Made by a program: the position numbers and the translations under genes. 64,000 nucleotides of DNA from IMG/VR virus record IMGVR_UViG_3300037804_000222, positions 1 to 64,000 of that record, one strand, 5' to 3'. This DNA comes from a virus. Below the pieces are notes generated by a model. The model did not search any database. It had not been told where the DNA came from and was given only the letters and a program-made list of their open reading frames with translations. Position 1 is the first letter of the stretch; each line of letters starts with the position of its first letter. Shown in pieces: positions 39,828 through 48,406 of the stretch.

Positions 39828-40251
39828 ATAAGATTAATCAGTTGATCTTATTTATCATAATTATAAGTCATCAAAATCATCATAATCTTTGATAGCTCGT
39901 AAGTATATAATGTTTGCTACAATAACTGATACTATAAAAACACCTATGCAAATTCCTACCATAATACTTGTTTTTTAATCTTGTCTCTTCAAAATGCAGC
40001 ACTCAAGTAGCTTACTCTCTTTGGGATAAAGGTATTAAATATTTTTAACTTTACTATCTTATTTTTAAATAGTTAAGTTGTAAGTAATCCTTACAAGTTG
40101 ATCAAAAGCGAAGCCTGAATAAGACATCTCCTACCCAGAACTTTACTTTTGATGCTGATTTTACCTAAGCTCCCCAGCTTAGGATTTCTTACCTATTGAT
40201 TCTCATTAATAGGATTTTCACTGTTTGCCCAACTCACGCTTGGTACTCTCG

Positions 40252-40392
40252 TTGTCAAAGAGGCAGGAGTCGAACCTGCATGAAGGACATCACAGCCTTT
40301 ATGTGGACTTTTACCACTTCCGAATTACCAAGACTCAGTTAATTACTCCGCTTCTTTAGAAATTCTGCGTTTACCGTTTCGCCACTCCTTGA
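40252..40392 (-). ncRNA. tRNA-like RNA with extended anticodon arm and branched variable region
   Basis: Acceptor (T)CAAGGAG/CTCTTTG(A); D-arm GCG-AAACGGTAAA-CGC; GAATT..34 nt..AATTC; T-arm GCAGG-TTCGACT-CCTGC; 3' end A-CAA. Confidence 0.75.
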
Positions 40393-40573
40393 TGCGCAGC
40401 ACTCACGCAGCTTGCTCTCGTATTAGACCAAACGATAATTTTAGTTGTAGTATCACGTACTACGAGTGGTCTTTGTAAGAAAATAGGCTCTCAGGTTTTG
40501 TTTCGAAGTCTTACGGTGCAGTATCTGAGATTATTAGAGTTTAACTGCGTTCACTCATGCCTAACCTGTACCC

Positions 40574-41749
40574 CTACAGGATGATTTCATCTATACTCTC
40601 CACCCATTTCACAATCTGTCCTTCTTGTCGTTTATTAAGCCACGAGACTTCTTGTGTATTAGGTGCATAAAGATTAATAATAACTGCTGTCTTACCTGGT
40701 ACATATCTAATGACACGTCCAGTACGCTGTATATTATCAAGTTTACGTGAATTACCTGCAGCTACAATACCTAAAGAACAATCTGGTACATCCAATCCTG
40801 CATTCAAAGCTTTAACTGAGCTTATCACACGTTGTTTTGTTCTACCATCTTTAAATTTTCTAAGTACTTCAGCTTGCTGTTTTTTACTACGTTTACTATG
40901 AAAGCTTAGACATATATCGCCTAACTCTTCCTGTACTTCGTCTGCAAATTTAACGCTTCCATTGAATAATAAAGCTTTTCTATCACTAAATTTCTCTAGT
41001 AATTCTTTAATCACTGGTATCTTTGCTTGAGAGTTTTTACATATCTCTCCTCTTTTACGCATAGCATTGTAATAAATAGCTGCAATACCACGCATATTTG
41101 GATCAGCATTCTGATCATTAAGATATTTCCTTGCCATATTAAATGACTGGGAACCTCCAAAGCCTAATCTACCTGCAGCAAATCTAAATTGCTTGTTAGC
41201 TTTATCATAATCCTCAACTTCATCGTCATACATAGGTACTTTTAAATTATATACAAGATAATCACTCACCCATCCTTTCTCATGACATTCTTCAATAGTC
41301 ACTTCTTCAAATATAGGTGCATTCTCAAGTAATAAATCATGTCTACCATCTGCACGTTCTATAGTAGCAGTTAATCCCAAAAGATATGTATATTCTATTT
41401 TATGAAATACTCTTTGAAATTGATCTGCTCCATAACAATGTAACTCGTCAAGAATTAACATGTCACACTCGTAATTGTTTTTATATGCTGTATTAATTAC
41501 AACAGTCTCACAATTCTTATGTATGTTGTGTTTCTTTAACTCTGCATTCCATTGATTCTTCAAGTTAATGGTAGGCACTACTATAATAACGCTGTTGCCA
41601 GGGTATCGATTAAACATACGTTTAAGTATAAGAATACTTGTGTAAGTTTTACCGAACCCTGTTGCAGCGACTAAAGTTCCCACTCCTTTAACTTTACTAA
41701 ATTTATCTGCTATCTCTAATTGTCTAGAGGTTCTGCTTAAATCTGTCAT
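40574..41749 (-). CDS. Superfamily 2 DNA helicase (UvsW/Rad25-like)
   Basis: ATGFGKT, VVPT, LDELH, LGLTAT, GLDVP and QRTGRVIR motifs. Confidence 0.9.
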   Translation of the reverse strand: MTDLSRTSRQLEIADKFSKVKGVGTLVAATGFGKTYTSILILKRMFNRYPGNSVIIVVPTINLKNQWNAELKKHNIHKNCETVVINTAYKNNYECDMLILDELHCYGADQFQRVFHKIEYTYLLGLTATIERADGRHDLLLENAPIFEEVTIEECHEKGWVSDYLVYNLKVPMYDDEVEDYDKANKQFRFAAGRLGFGGSQSFNMARKYLNDQNADPNMRGIAAIYYNAMRKRGEICKNSQAKIPVIKELLEKFSDRKALLFNGSVKFADEVQEELGDICLSFHSKRSKKQQAEVLRKFKDGRTKQRVISSVKALNAGLDVPDCSLGIVAAGNSRKLDNIQRTGRVIRYVPGKTAVIINLYAPNTQEVSWLNKRQEGQIVKWVESIDEIIL

Positions 41750-42011
41750 ACTGTTCTTCTGTTATTTTAAGAACTTTTAACATTCTGTTAGGATACTTAT
41801 CGTTAGATGCTGTATTAGGATGGCCAGGTAAATAAGGTTGTAATCTACCTGGTGCCTGAGCTCCTGTATAGCTAATATATGTATAGTCACATAGCATACA
41901 AGACTCTGTAAAACTTCTAACTTTTGCCACCTCTAATCCTTTCCACCCTTGAATTGTCACATGGTCTCCTGGACGAAGCTCTTCTCCTGTCACGTCTTCT
42001 ACTTTTTCCAT
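41724..42011 (-). CDS. Hypothetical protein (SH3/KOW-like)
   Basis: D.TGEELRPGD.V start pattern. Confidence 0.5.
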   Translation of the reverse strand: MEKVEDVTGEELRPGDHVTIQGWKGLEVAKVRSFTESCMLCDYTYISYTGAQAPGRLQPYLPGHPNTASNDKYPNRMLKVLKITEEQYDRFKQNL

Positions 42012-43903
42012 ACTGTCGATATTTCTGTTTCTGCTTTTAATAGCCCTGATGGTATAATATCAAGTGTTGATGTCTCCATAATCTCTTGTAATCTATGCTT
42101 CCACACAATTGCGTAGCTTTCATGTACGATTGTATCAATTTGATCATGAACTGTCATCACTATTTTAACAGGTAAATCGTTTTCATAGATATGATCACGA
42201 ACCATAACAAGTGCAGACTTACACATATCAGCTCCACTACCTTGAATTGGTGTGTTTTTGCTGGCACGTTCTATCTTACCCATTATTGCGTTATCTGTGT
42301 TAATACCTTTCCACTCTTCAAACCATCTGATACGACGATATGGTGCATATGTTTTAATATGACCATTCTGTTTACCATAATTACCAAGAGACACTAAGAA
42401 ATTCTTAATTGCAGGAAATGCTGTGAAGTATTTCTGAATCAATTTCTCTGCCTCTCTGTTACTTATAAGTAATGTATCAGCTAATTTGTGTGGGCCCATA
42501 CCATAGGCTAAACCGAAGTTAATACTCTTTACGTTTGTACGCAGTTTTTTATGTTTAGGGCAATCACATTTAAGTTGAGCACGTTCTGTACCACCACCTA
42601 AATTAGAATAAGCATAGTAAGCACAGCCTACATCAGCTGCATCTTTCCATTCTTTACCATAAACTAAATCTGCACACACGCTATGAAGGTCTTTACCTTC
42701 TTCTAGCGCCTTAATCCACACTGGATCTTTACTCCCTGTGGCTATAATACATAGTTCTTGTGAGCTGTAGTCGCCTGAAACAAATACCCAATCATCATAA
42801 CCACTTATAAAGCAATTACGGTAATCATTATCTGCAGGTATCTGTTGCATATTTGGTTTCCCTGATGCTACTCTACCTGTATTTAATATTTGTCTAAAGC
42901 TTGTTCTGACTCTACCGTCAGTATCTACATTATCTAAGAACTTTTCACCATAACTTGTAGCAAGCTTGGCCTGCTCTTTGTACTTAATATATGTTTTAAC
43001 AAATGGATCTTTACTGTGGACATGTAAATTCTTAGCATTTACATCTTCAACGTTTAATCCATATGTTCTAAATACATTTAGCACTTGTTTTGGTGAACTC
43101 CATTTAACATTTACCTTTCTAAGCTCTTCTACTGGCATAAATAAATCGCCTTGCACATAAGAATCTACAAAATTATGAAGTATGTCATTAGATTCTATGA
43201 TTTCATCTAAAGCATTCTCCATATTTTGCACTTCAAATTTAGCTTTCTTTGCAAGAATATTCCAGTTCTCTACATCCAATCCGATACCATTAAATTCAAT
43301 ATCAGCAAATGTTAAAGCTGCATTGTTTTCAAGTTCGGCTGTATGTACAAGATCAAGTCTGCGACAGCTAACTGTCTGATTATGATATAACTGTACAAGA
43401 TATTCTACATCCTTTGCACCATATGTTATCTCTGACTCAGTGAATTCTTCACTACTTTTATTGATGAAATTAAATCTCACGCTCTTATCCATCTCTATTT
43501 TAAGTTCTCTTGAAAGAACGTTATTTAAAGAGTGGGACATGTCTTTACCGCAATGTATAACTTGAGATGTTAGCATAGTATCCCACACATTATTAAGTCT
43601 GATGTTATGTTTCATAAGAAACTTGTAATCAAACTTAACATTGTGTAAGATTTTAACTATGCTATCATCTTCAAGCACTCTTCTCAGAGGGGCAATACTT
43701 ACGTAGCGCGTATCTATTACAAACTGAACATTTTCATCTCCAATTTGTAACATAATCATATCATCATCAATGTGGCTTAGTCCAGTAGTTTCAGTGTCAA
43801 TTGCTAACACTGTTTTATCCTTGCAATAGTTTATTACAGGCTCAAGATCTGTGCATGTAGCACAACAATCAAGAAGCTTTGGATTTCCTACGAACTGTAT
43901 CAT
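41999..43903 (-). CDS. polA: DNA polymerase family A (3'-5' exonuclease + polymerase)
   Basis: ExoI DTETTG, ExoII HNVKFD, ExoIII YGAKD; TGRVAS..PNMQQIP; motif A DYSSQEL; motif B RTNVKSINFGLAYG; motif C VHDQ. Confidence 0.95.
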   Translation of the reverse strand: MIQFVGNPKLLDCCATCTDLEPVINYCKDKTVLAIDTETTGLSHIDDDMIMLQIGDENVQFVIDTRYVSIAPLRRVLEDDSIVKILHNVKFDYKFLMKHNIRLNNVWDTMLTSQVIHCGKDMSHSLNNVLSRELKIEMDKSVRFNFINKSSEEFTESEITYGAKDVEYLVQLYHNQTVSCRRLDLVHTAELENNAALTFADIEFNGIGLDVENWNILAKKAKFEVQNMENALDEIIESNDILHNFVDSYVQGDLFMPVEELRKVNVKWSSPKQVLNVFRTYGLNVEDVNAKNLHVHSKDPFVKTYIKYKEQAKLATSYGEKFLDNVDTDGRVRTSFRQILNTGRVASGKPNMQQIPADNDYRNCFISGYDDWVFVSGDYSSQELCIIATGSKDPVWIKALEEGKDLHSVCADLVYGKEWKDAADVGCAYYAYSNLGGGTERAQLKCDCPKHKKLRTNVKSINFGLAYGMGPHKLADTLLISNREAEKLIQKYFTAFPAIKNFLVSLGNYGKQNGHIKTYAPYRRIRWFEEWKGINTDNAIMGKIERASKNTPIQGSGADMCKSALVMVRDHIYENDLPVKIVMTVHDQIDTIVHESYAIVWKHRLQEIMETSTLDIIPSGLLKAETEISTVWKK

Positions 43904-43908
43904 TTAAT

Positions 43909-44250
43909 TTAGTGTTTAAGATTTTGAGGATTGTGTTTATTTCTCTGCTCGCCCAATATTTTTTCCAGCGACTCTTTGTTAACCTCTGGAATCGTGAAAG
44001 TATATTGACTTGCTTCTCCGACACTTCTAATTCTTCTCGTCGCTTCATCTCTATATCTTTTAGGTATGTGAGTACTAACTTCTAAATTATAAATAGCTTT
44101 AGCAACTATATTAGAAGCAATATCTATATCTCTACACTTTAATTGAAAAGAGAAGAAGTTAAGAAGAGTGTTATAATCACTCCTCTTATCTTCTGGTAAC
44201 TCTTGCATAAAGGTATACATACGAGCGATAAACTCTTTACAACTCTCCAA
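43909..44250 (-). CDS. Hypothetical protein
   Basis: 113 aa ORF upstream of polA. Confidence 0.55.
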   Translation of the reverse strand: MESCKEFIARMYTFMQELPEDKRSDYNTLLNFFSFQLKCRDIDIASNIVAKAIYNLEVSTHIPKRYRDEATRRIRSVGEASQYTFTIPEVNKESLEKILGEQRNKHNPQNLKH

Positions 44251-44488
44251 GTGTATGAATTACTTTAGGTTGTACATTCTTTCTTGGTCTACCTCTTTTA
44301 GCTTTAGGTTTATTAACTTTATTACTTAATGTGTCTAACTCTAATTGAGTTATTCTACCTCTTGAGGCACAATCTAAAAGATCTGATTCTAATTGGTGTA
44401 CATTACGTCTTAATGAGCTTGTAGCTAAAAAAGCTATAAAAGCCATTGAAAGTGATACAAACATTGCTAATCCTACTACTGTTTCCAT
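44237..44488 (-). CDS. Small membrane-anchored coiled-coil protein with AT-hook-like KRGRPRK
   Basis: N-terminal TM helix; KRGRPRK. Confidence 0.55.
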   Translation of the reverse strand: METVVGLAMFVSLSMAFIAFLATSSLRRNVHQLESDLLDCASRGRITQLELDTLSNKVNKPKAKRGRPRKNVQPKVIHTLGEL

Positions 44489-44512
44489 ATTTTCTACTTA
44501 TTTAAGTGTTTT

Positions 44513-44545
44513 AAAAAATAGGAACTGCCTTTTCAGACAGTTCCT
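44513..44545 (-). terminator. Intrinsic terminator
   Basis: AGGAACTG/CAGTTCCT stem followed by a T-run on the minus strand. Confidence 0.75.
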
Positions 44546-44573
44546 TTCTAACTAAATTGTTTGCTACAACAAC

Positions 44574-45176
44574 TTAATCCATTAATACTTGAGATAATTC
44601 TTCTACTACACTCTCTGCTGTTTTAGGAGCAGTACCATCACTAGAGATTGTTACATCATTAGCTAATGGGTTTGAAACCATAACACCATCATCATCGATA
44701 GTATATAATGGTAGTGCGTAAGTTTCACGATAGATTGGTCTACCTTGATTACATACAACAGCTTTTGTAGTAGGATTCATTTTAGGAGCTCTACTCATGG
44801 TTTGCCCTGTCTTTTTATCTTCCCAAGTATGAGCAGTAAAAGATTCTTTCACAAATAACCCTATTTCAGGCATTGCATCTGGAAGAGTCTTAGTATCTTC
44901 ATTATCAACTACTTTTTCAGTGTGTTCATTCCACAACTCATCACCTGGAACATCTAATGTAACAGGATCAAATGTGTAACCAAATGCTTCTAACCATGCA
45001 GGTGTTACTGGATGCCATACTACTCGTGGTCTCGCTTGAGCCCCTAAAGTCATTGAAATTAAGTTGTTACCACCTGTGGTTCCAACTTCACATCTTAGAA
45101 CAGCTTGATAAACTCCTTCATTAGAAGTTGGTGTTAATTCTGATAATCTCGGCGTTTTACTAGTAATTTCACTCAT
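44574..45176 (-). CDS. Conserved crAss-like protein, possibly ssDNA-binding
   Basis: PK.NP.T......GRPIYRET motif; has its own terminator. Confidence 0.4.
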   Translation of the reverse strand: MSEITSKTPRLSELTPTSNEGVYQAVLRCEVGTTGGNNLISMTLGAQARPRVVWHPVTPAWLEAFGYTFDPVTLDVPGDELWNEHTEKVVDNEDTKTLPDAMPEIGLFVKESFTAHTWEDKKTGQTMSRAPKMNPTTKAVVCNQGRPIYRETYALPLYTIDDDGVMVSNPLANDVTISSDGTAPKTAESVVEELSQVLMD

Positions 45177-45233
45177 TTTCTTGTGTTTTTAAGTGATTAA
45201 TAAATAATTGTGTGTGTTGATTATGCTTACGCA

Positions 45234-45280
45234 TAGTAAAGCATGCAGGAATCGAACCTGCATTTATACCATATGCTTTA
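45234..45280 (-). ncRNA. Mini-tRNA (acceptor stem + T-arm only)
   Basis: TAAAGCAT-ATGGTATAAAT-GCAGG-TTCGATT-CCTGC-ATGCTTTA-CTA. Confidence 0.65.
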
Positions 45281-45676
45281 TTTAAAGAGCTGTGCATAGC
45301 TCTTAGTGTTAGTTGCCAACCTAACTCTTGGCTTTTTTTGGAGCACATCCGATGCACCGAATGTTTCTGGATTTGATAACTAATATTGCTATTATAGCAT
45401 CTCACCATTACAGCTTCTTTGTTTGAGGTGAAGTATCTGCAGCCTTCTCATTACACAATATGTGTAAAGTATTGTCAAGCAACCTCTGTTTTTATTGATG
45501 TTAATTCAAATGGCTCTTTATATCCTCTAGCTCTTAACTCTTCTATTAAGAATCTTTCTTCAAATTGTAGTTGAAAGTGAGGTTCTTTTTCTTTTTTCTT
45601 AGTCTTTATTCTTTTTCTTACGGTTAAAAGAGAGTTTAATAATATGTCATCCATGACTTAATAGATTTATGTTAAT

Positions 45677-45700
45677 GAAAAGAAGGGCTAAAATAGCCCT
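45677..45700 (-). terminator. Intrinsic terminator
   Basis: AGGGCTA-TTT-TAGCCCT followed by TCTTTT on the minus strand. Confidence 0.55.
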
Positions 45701-45882
45701 CCATAATTATCTTTCTTTGCGTTACAACAAATGTCGCAACTACATCCTCCAGATGCTGTTCTTGGTTGAGGATTAAATCTCATAAGAGTATCTGTAGGGT
45801 TCTCAATCATATCTAGTACTTCTAATACTTTATGATTTCTTTTTCTTTTGTAAAGTCTGCGTAAAGCTTTTAGCTTCTTCAT
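45688..45882 (-). CDS. Small Cys-rich hypothetical protein
   Basis: 64 aa; CSCDICC. Confidence 0.45.
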   Translation of the reverse strand: MKKLKALRRLYKRKRNHKVLEVLDMIENPTDTLMRFNPQPRTASGGCSCDICCNAKKDNYGGLF

Positions 45883-46062
45883 TATTTCTTTGGCTTAGTT
45901 TATACTCTTTGATTGCTTTTTTTACTCTGATATAATTCTCGTATCTCATAGGTATGAAGATTAATTAAGACTTAAAAAGTATCGGCTTTGGGTTCAGGTA
46001 CCGAATATGGAGACTGATTCCACATCTAAATGTCAATATAGCTCACCAGCCTTATCAAGTTA

Positions 46063-46369
46063 TTATCCCGCCATTGTGTCGCCTATGCTCTCTTGCAAAC
46101 GTTGGTTGTATTGAGCTCCTCAGCTTTACTACAACTGATTATTACGTTACACAATAACTTACAACTATCGGGATAACCAGAGTATGGACAAGGAAATACC
46201 AACTCTGTGCGCATTCTTTATTTAGTAATTGTTATAATAGCCATACCACGAAGGTCATTTACTTTAGATTACTCTATTAAGAAAGTTCGTTATGATCTAA
46301 TCTATTCGACTTTCATAGTTTATTGGTAGGAGAGTTTCGCTCCAGTATCTAATGCTATTACAACAATTA
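46063..46369 (-). ncRNA. Structured non-coding RNA(s), including a pseudoknot
   Basis: 16-bp closing stem 46226-46241/46354-46369 (G-U pair only on the minus strand). Second multi-stem domain closed by TTATCCCG/CGGGATAA. Confidence 0.6.
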
Positions 46370-46372
46370 TCT

Positions 46373-46609
46373 TTATTTATACATTATCTGTCCAAACTCG
46401 TCTTCACAAAGTTCTTCTGAATTATCATCAACTTGTGCTTCAAGCTCTTTGATACGATAATCTTTTTTATTTATAGTATTTCTAAGCTTGTTGATGCGTT
46501 TTTTAAACCTATCTGAATCTTCTATTGCATCTTCTTCAAGATCTTTGATACGTGCATGTGCTAATTTAAGCGCATTTCTTAATTCTATGTTTTCTATCTC
46601 GTAATCCAT
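46373..46609 (-). CDS. Coiled-coil hypothetical early protein
   Basis: 78 aa with heptad pattern. Confidence 0.55.
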   Translation of the reverse strand: MDYEIENIELRNALKLAHARIKDLEEDAIEDSDRFKKRINKLRNTINKKDYRIKELEAQVDDNSEELCEDEFGQIMYK

Positions 46610-46791
46610 AATTAGCTATATTTATAATGTTAGGTTAAAAGGTTAAGTGGTGAAAGGTGGTAATATGTGGGTGTTGTATCTGGAACACCAACTAACACGC
46701 ATGAAACGTAGCGTAACTGTACCTCTACAGTACCTCTACAGTACACGACGTATCATGACACTACACAACACGTGTGATTACACACGTAAAT

Positions 46792-46817
46792 AAAAAAAGA
46801 GAGAGCAAAGCTCTCTC
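46792..46817 (-). terminator. Intrinsic terminator
   Basis: GAGAGAGC-TTT-GCTCTCTC followed by T7 on the minus strand. Confidence 0.85.
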
Positions 46818-46827
46818 GATTCATGGG

Positions 46828-47049
46828 CTATGCCCATATGATTCCGCCATCTGCGATGGTGCTAATCTCAGGCACTTCAGTGCCTTTAGCAAATTCGTCG
46901 CTACAGTCGCCTTCTAGGCGGATGAAGCAAGTATTTGCATTGGTAGAGACCACTCGGTCTTTACCAAGAATTTTGCGAGTTTCGAACCCGCTTAAACCTA
47001 CGACAGTTTGACCGTCTTTAACTTGAACCCAAAAACATTTAGTTTTCAT
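46828..47049 (-). CDS. Hypothetical protein, probably among the first early genes
   Basis: 73 aa followed by a strong terminator. Confidence 0.6.
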   Translation of the reverse strand: MKTKCFWVQVKDGQTVVGLSGFETRKILGKDRVVSTNANTCFIRLEGDCSDEFAKGTEVPEISTIADGGIIWA

Positions 47050-47147
47050 AATGTAGCAAAATTTAGTTAGGGGGCATTAGTGCCCAAAACTTAGAGGGGG
47101 TGGGGTTATATAAGTGGTCTACTCTCTCATTTCCGTAAACAAAATTT

Positions 47148-47579
47148 TTATAGAAATAAAATTAGTAGGATGTAGGAGAGGTATTCGAACAAAGGGAGAG
47201 GCAACACACCTATCCAGGTAAGTAGGATTAGAAAAAGTAATACGGCTACTTTAGTGAGGGCATAAGAATCCTTAGATTTCTTATATTCTAAGAAGAAGAT
47301 AAGGGGTTGAATTATGAAAAACATAAAGGCAAAGAAGTTATGGATACTTGAAAAGTAGTACATATCGTATATAGAAAGTAGGGATAATGCGCTTAACCCC
47401 ATAAATACTATAAAGGGTTTTACATTTCTTCTTTTATATAAAGCGCCCAAGATTACAACTTGGAGTGTCATAAAGTATGCGAAATATTTTTTAGTGATTG
47501 GGTGAACCCCTAGTAGTGAGATGGGAGTTACAAAAAATTCCCACCCTTCAATTGCTATTATCATACTGGTTAGCAACAA
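47148..47579 (-). CDS. Multi-pass membrane protein
   Basis: Four to five hydrophobic helices; D.....IHN.FA motif; start uncertain. Confidence 0.55.
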   Translation of the reverse strand: MLLTSMIIAIEGWEFFVTPISLLGVHPITKKYFAYFMTLQVVILGALYKRRNVKPFIVFMGLSALSLLSIYDMYYFSSIHNFFAFMFFIIQPLIFFLEYKKSKDSYALTKVAVLLFLILLTWIGVLPLPLFEYLSYILLILFL

Positions 47580-47683
47580 ACCAGTTATAAGGAGTATCCC
47601 CCCTTTTATTACCCTTACCCCATGTGATTATTGTGTTATAATTAGACCTCTAACCTAAAGATAAAAAAAATATTCCATAAAAA

Positions 47684-47714
47684 TTTGTTTTATTGAAAAT
47701 AAATTTTATCTTTG
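47684..47714 (+). promoter_or_regulatory. Bacteroidota sigma-A type promoter
   Basis: TTTG-N19-TATCTTTG. Confidence 0.75.
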
Positions 47715-47717
47715 CCA

Positions 47718-47797
47718 TACTGTGTGTTTCTCGATTCATAGTTTTTTGGTTTTTATGATGTGAATATCTCCCTCGGTCTGAGGGGGATATTTTTTTT
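47718..47797 (+). ncRNA. Candidate small RNA (about 80 nt)
   Basis: Consensus promoter directly followed by a U/G-rich tract and the terminator AATATCTCCCTC-GGTCT-GAGGGGGATATT-Tn; no ORF. Confidence 0.6.
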
Positions 47798-47818
47798 CAA
47801 AAGTTTTTTAAAAAAGTC

Positions 47819-47849
47819 ATGGCCAAATAAAAAATTTTATATAGCTTTG
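47819..47849 (+). promoter_or_regulatory. Bacteroidota sigma-A type promoter
   Basis: ATGG-N19-TAGCTTTG, upstream of the + strand block. Confidence 0.55.
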
Positions 47850-48053
47850 CAATCTGAGTTACCGAACTAACACTTCAGTCACCCACCTTTAAGGATAAAC
47901 AAATAGAGGACGGCTGTTGGAACAGGTAAGTTCTTTCGTGTAATGATGTTTGAGAGTTGAACCACCAATGACTCTCCCAATTGAAAAATTAGTGGCGTTT
48001 CAATTTGGTTTTCTTTTGGCCACTTTTCTTTTAACATTTAAATGCGTATATTT

Positions 48054-48212
48054 ATGGCGACACAAGACACCGATTACATTAAAGACTCTATTAATAGAGC
48101 AGAAGAATCGAAACAGAATACCTTTGATTCATGGATAATAGATCTAGAAGATCAAGATCAACCAGAAGCATGCAGTATTGATGATCCAGATTGCGAGAAC
48201 TGTGGATCATGA
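48054..48212 (+). CDS. 52-aa acidic protein ending in an NrdA-like C-terminal Cys tail
   Basis: MATQDTDYIK...QPEACSIDDPDCENCGS; ATGA-coupled to the next gene. Confidence 0.7.
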   Translation: MATQDTDYIKDSINRAEESKQNTFDSWIIDLEDQDQPEACSIDDPDCENCGS

Positions 48213-48406
48213 GTAAGATTGAAGATAAAGTCTGTAAGAAGATTGAAGAAAGAGCAAAAATCGGTGCAAATAAGTATAATGTCACTATGGAAAGAAAAGA
48301 TCTTTCAACCCAGCAATGGTTAGTGCATTTACAAGAAGAACTAATGGATGCAAGTGTGTATATAGAGAAACTACTAGATGATATTCAAAGAGCTAAACAA
48401 ATTTAA
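48209..48406 (+). CDS. Small MazG-like/helical phage protein
   Basis: R..IGANKY....R.DL..QQWL.HLQEELMDA..Y; probable start ATG 48209. Confidence 0.5.
   Translation: MSKIEDKVCKKIEERAKIGANKYNVTMERKDLSTQQWLVHLQEELMDASVYIEKLLDDIQRAKQI

Noticed and set aside
40350-40365. Amber suppressor tRNA call from TT-CTA-A
   Set aside because: It requires removal of an unproven insert and a shortened stem, and there is no sign of TAG recoding; kept only as a test.
45169-45408. 79-aa ORF
   Set aside because: It overlaps the mini-tRNA and hairpins and has no protein-like features; more likely non-coding.
47950-48285. ORFs 47950-48138 (+) and 48091-48285 (-)
   Set aside because: Better explained by the 48054-48212 and 48209-48406 coupled pair.
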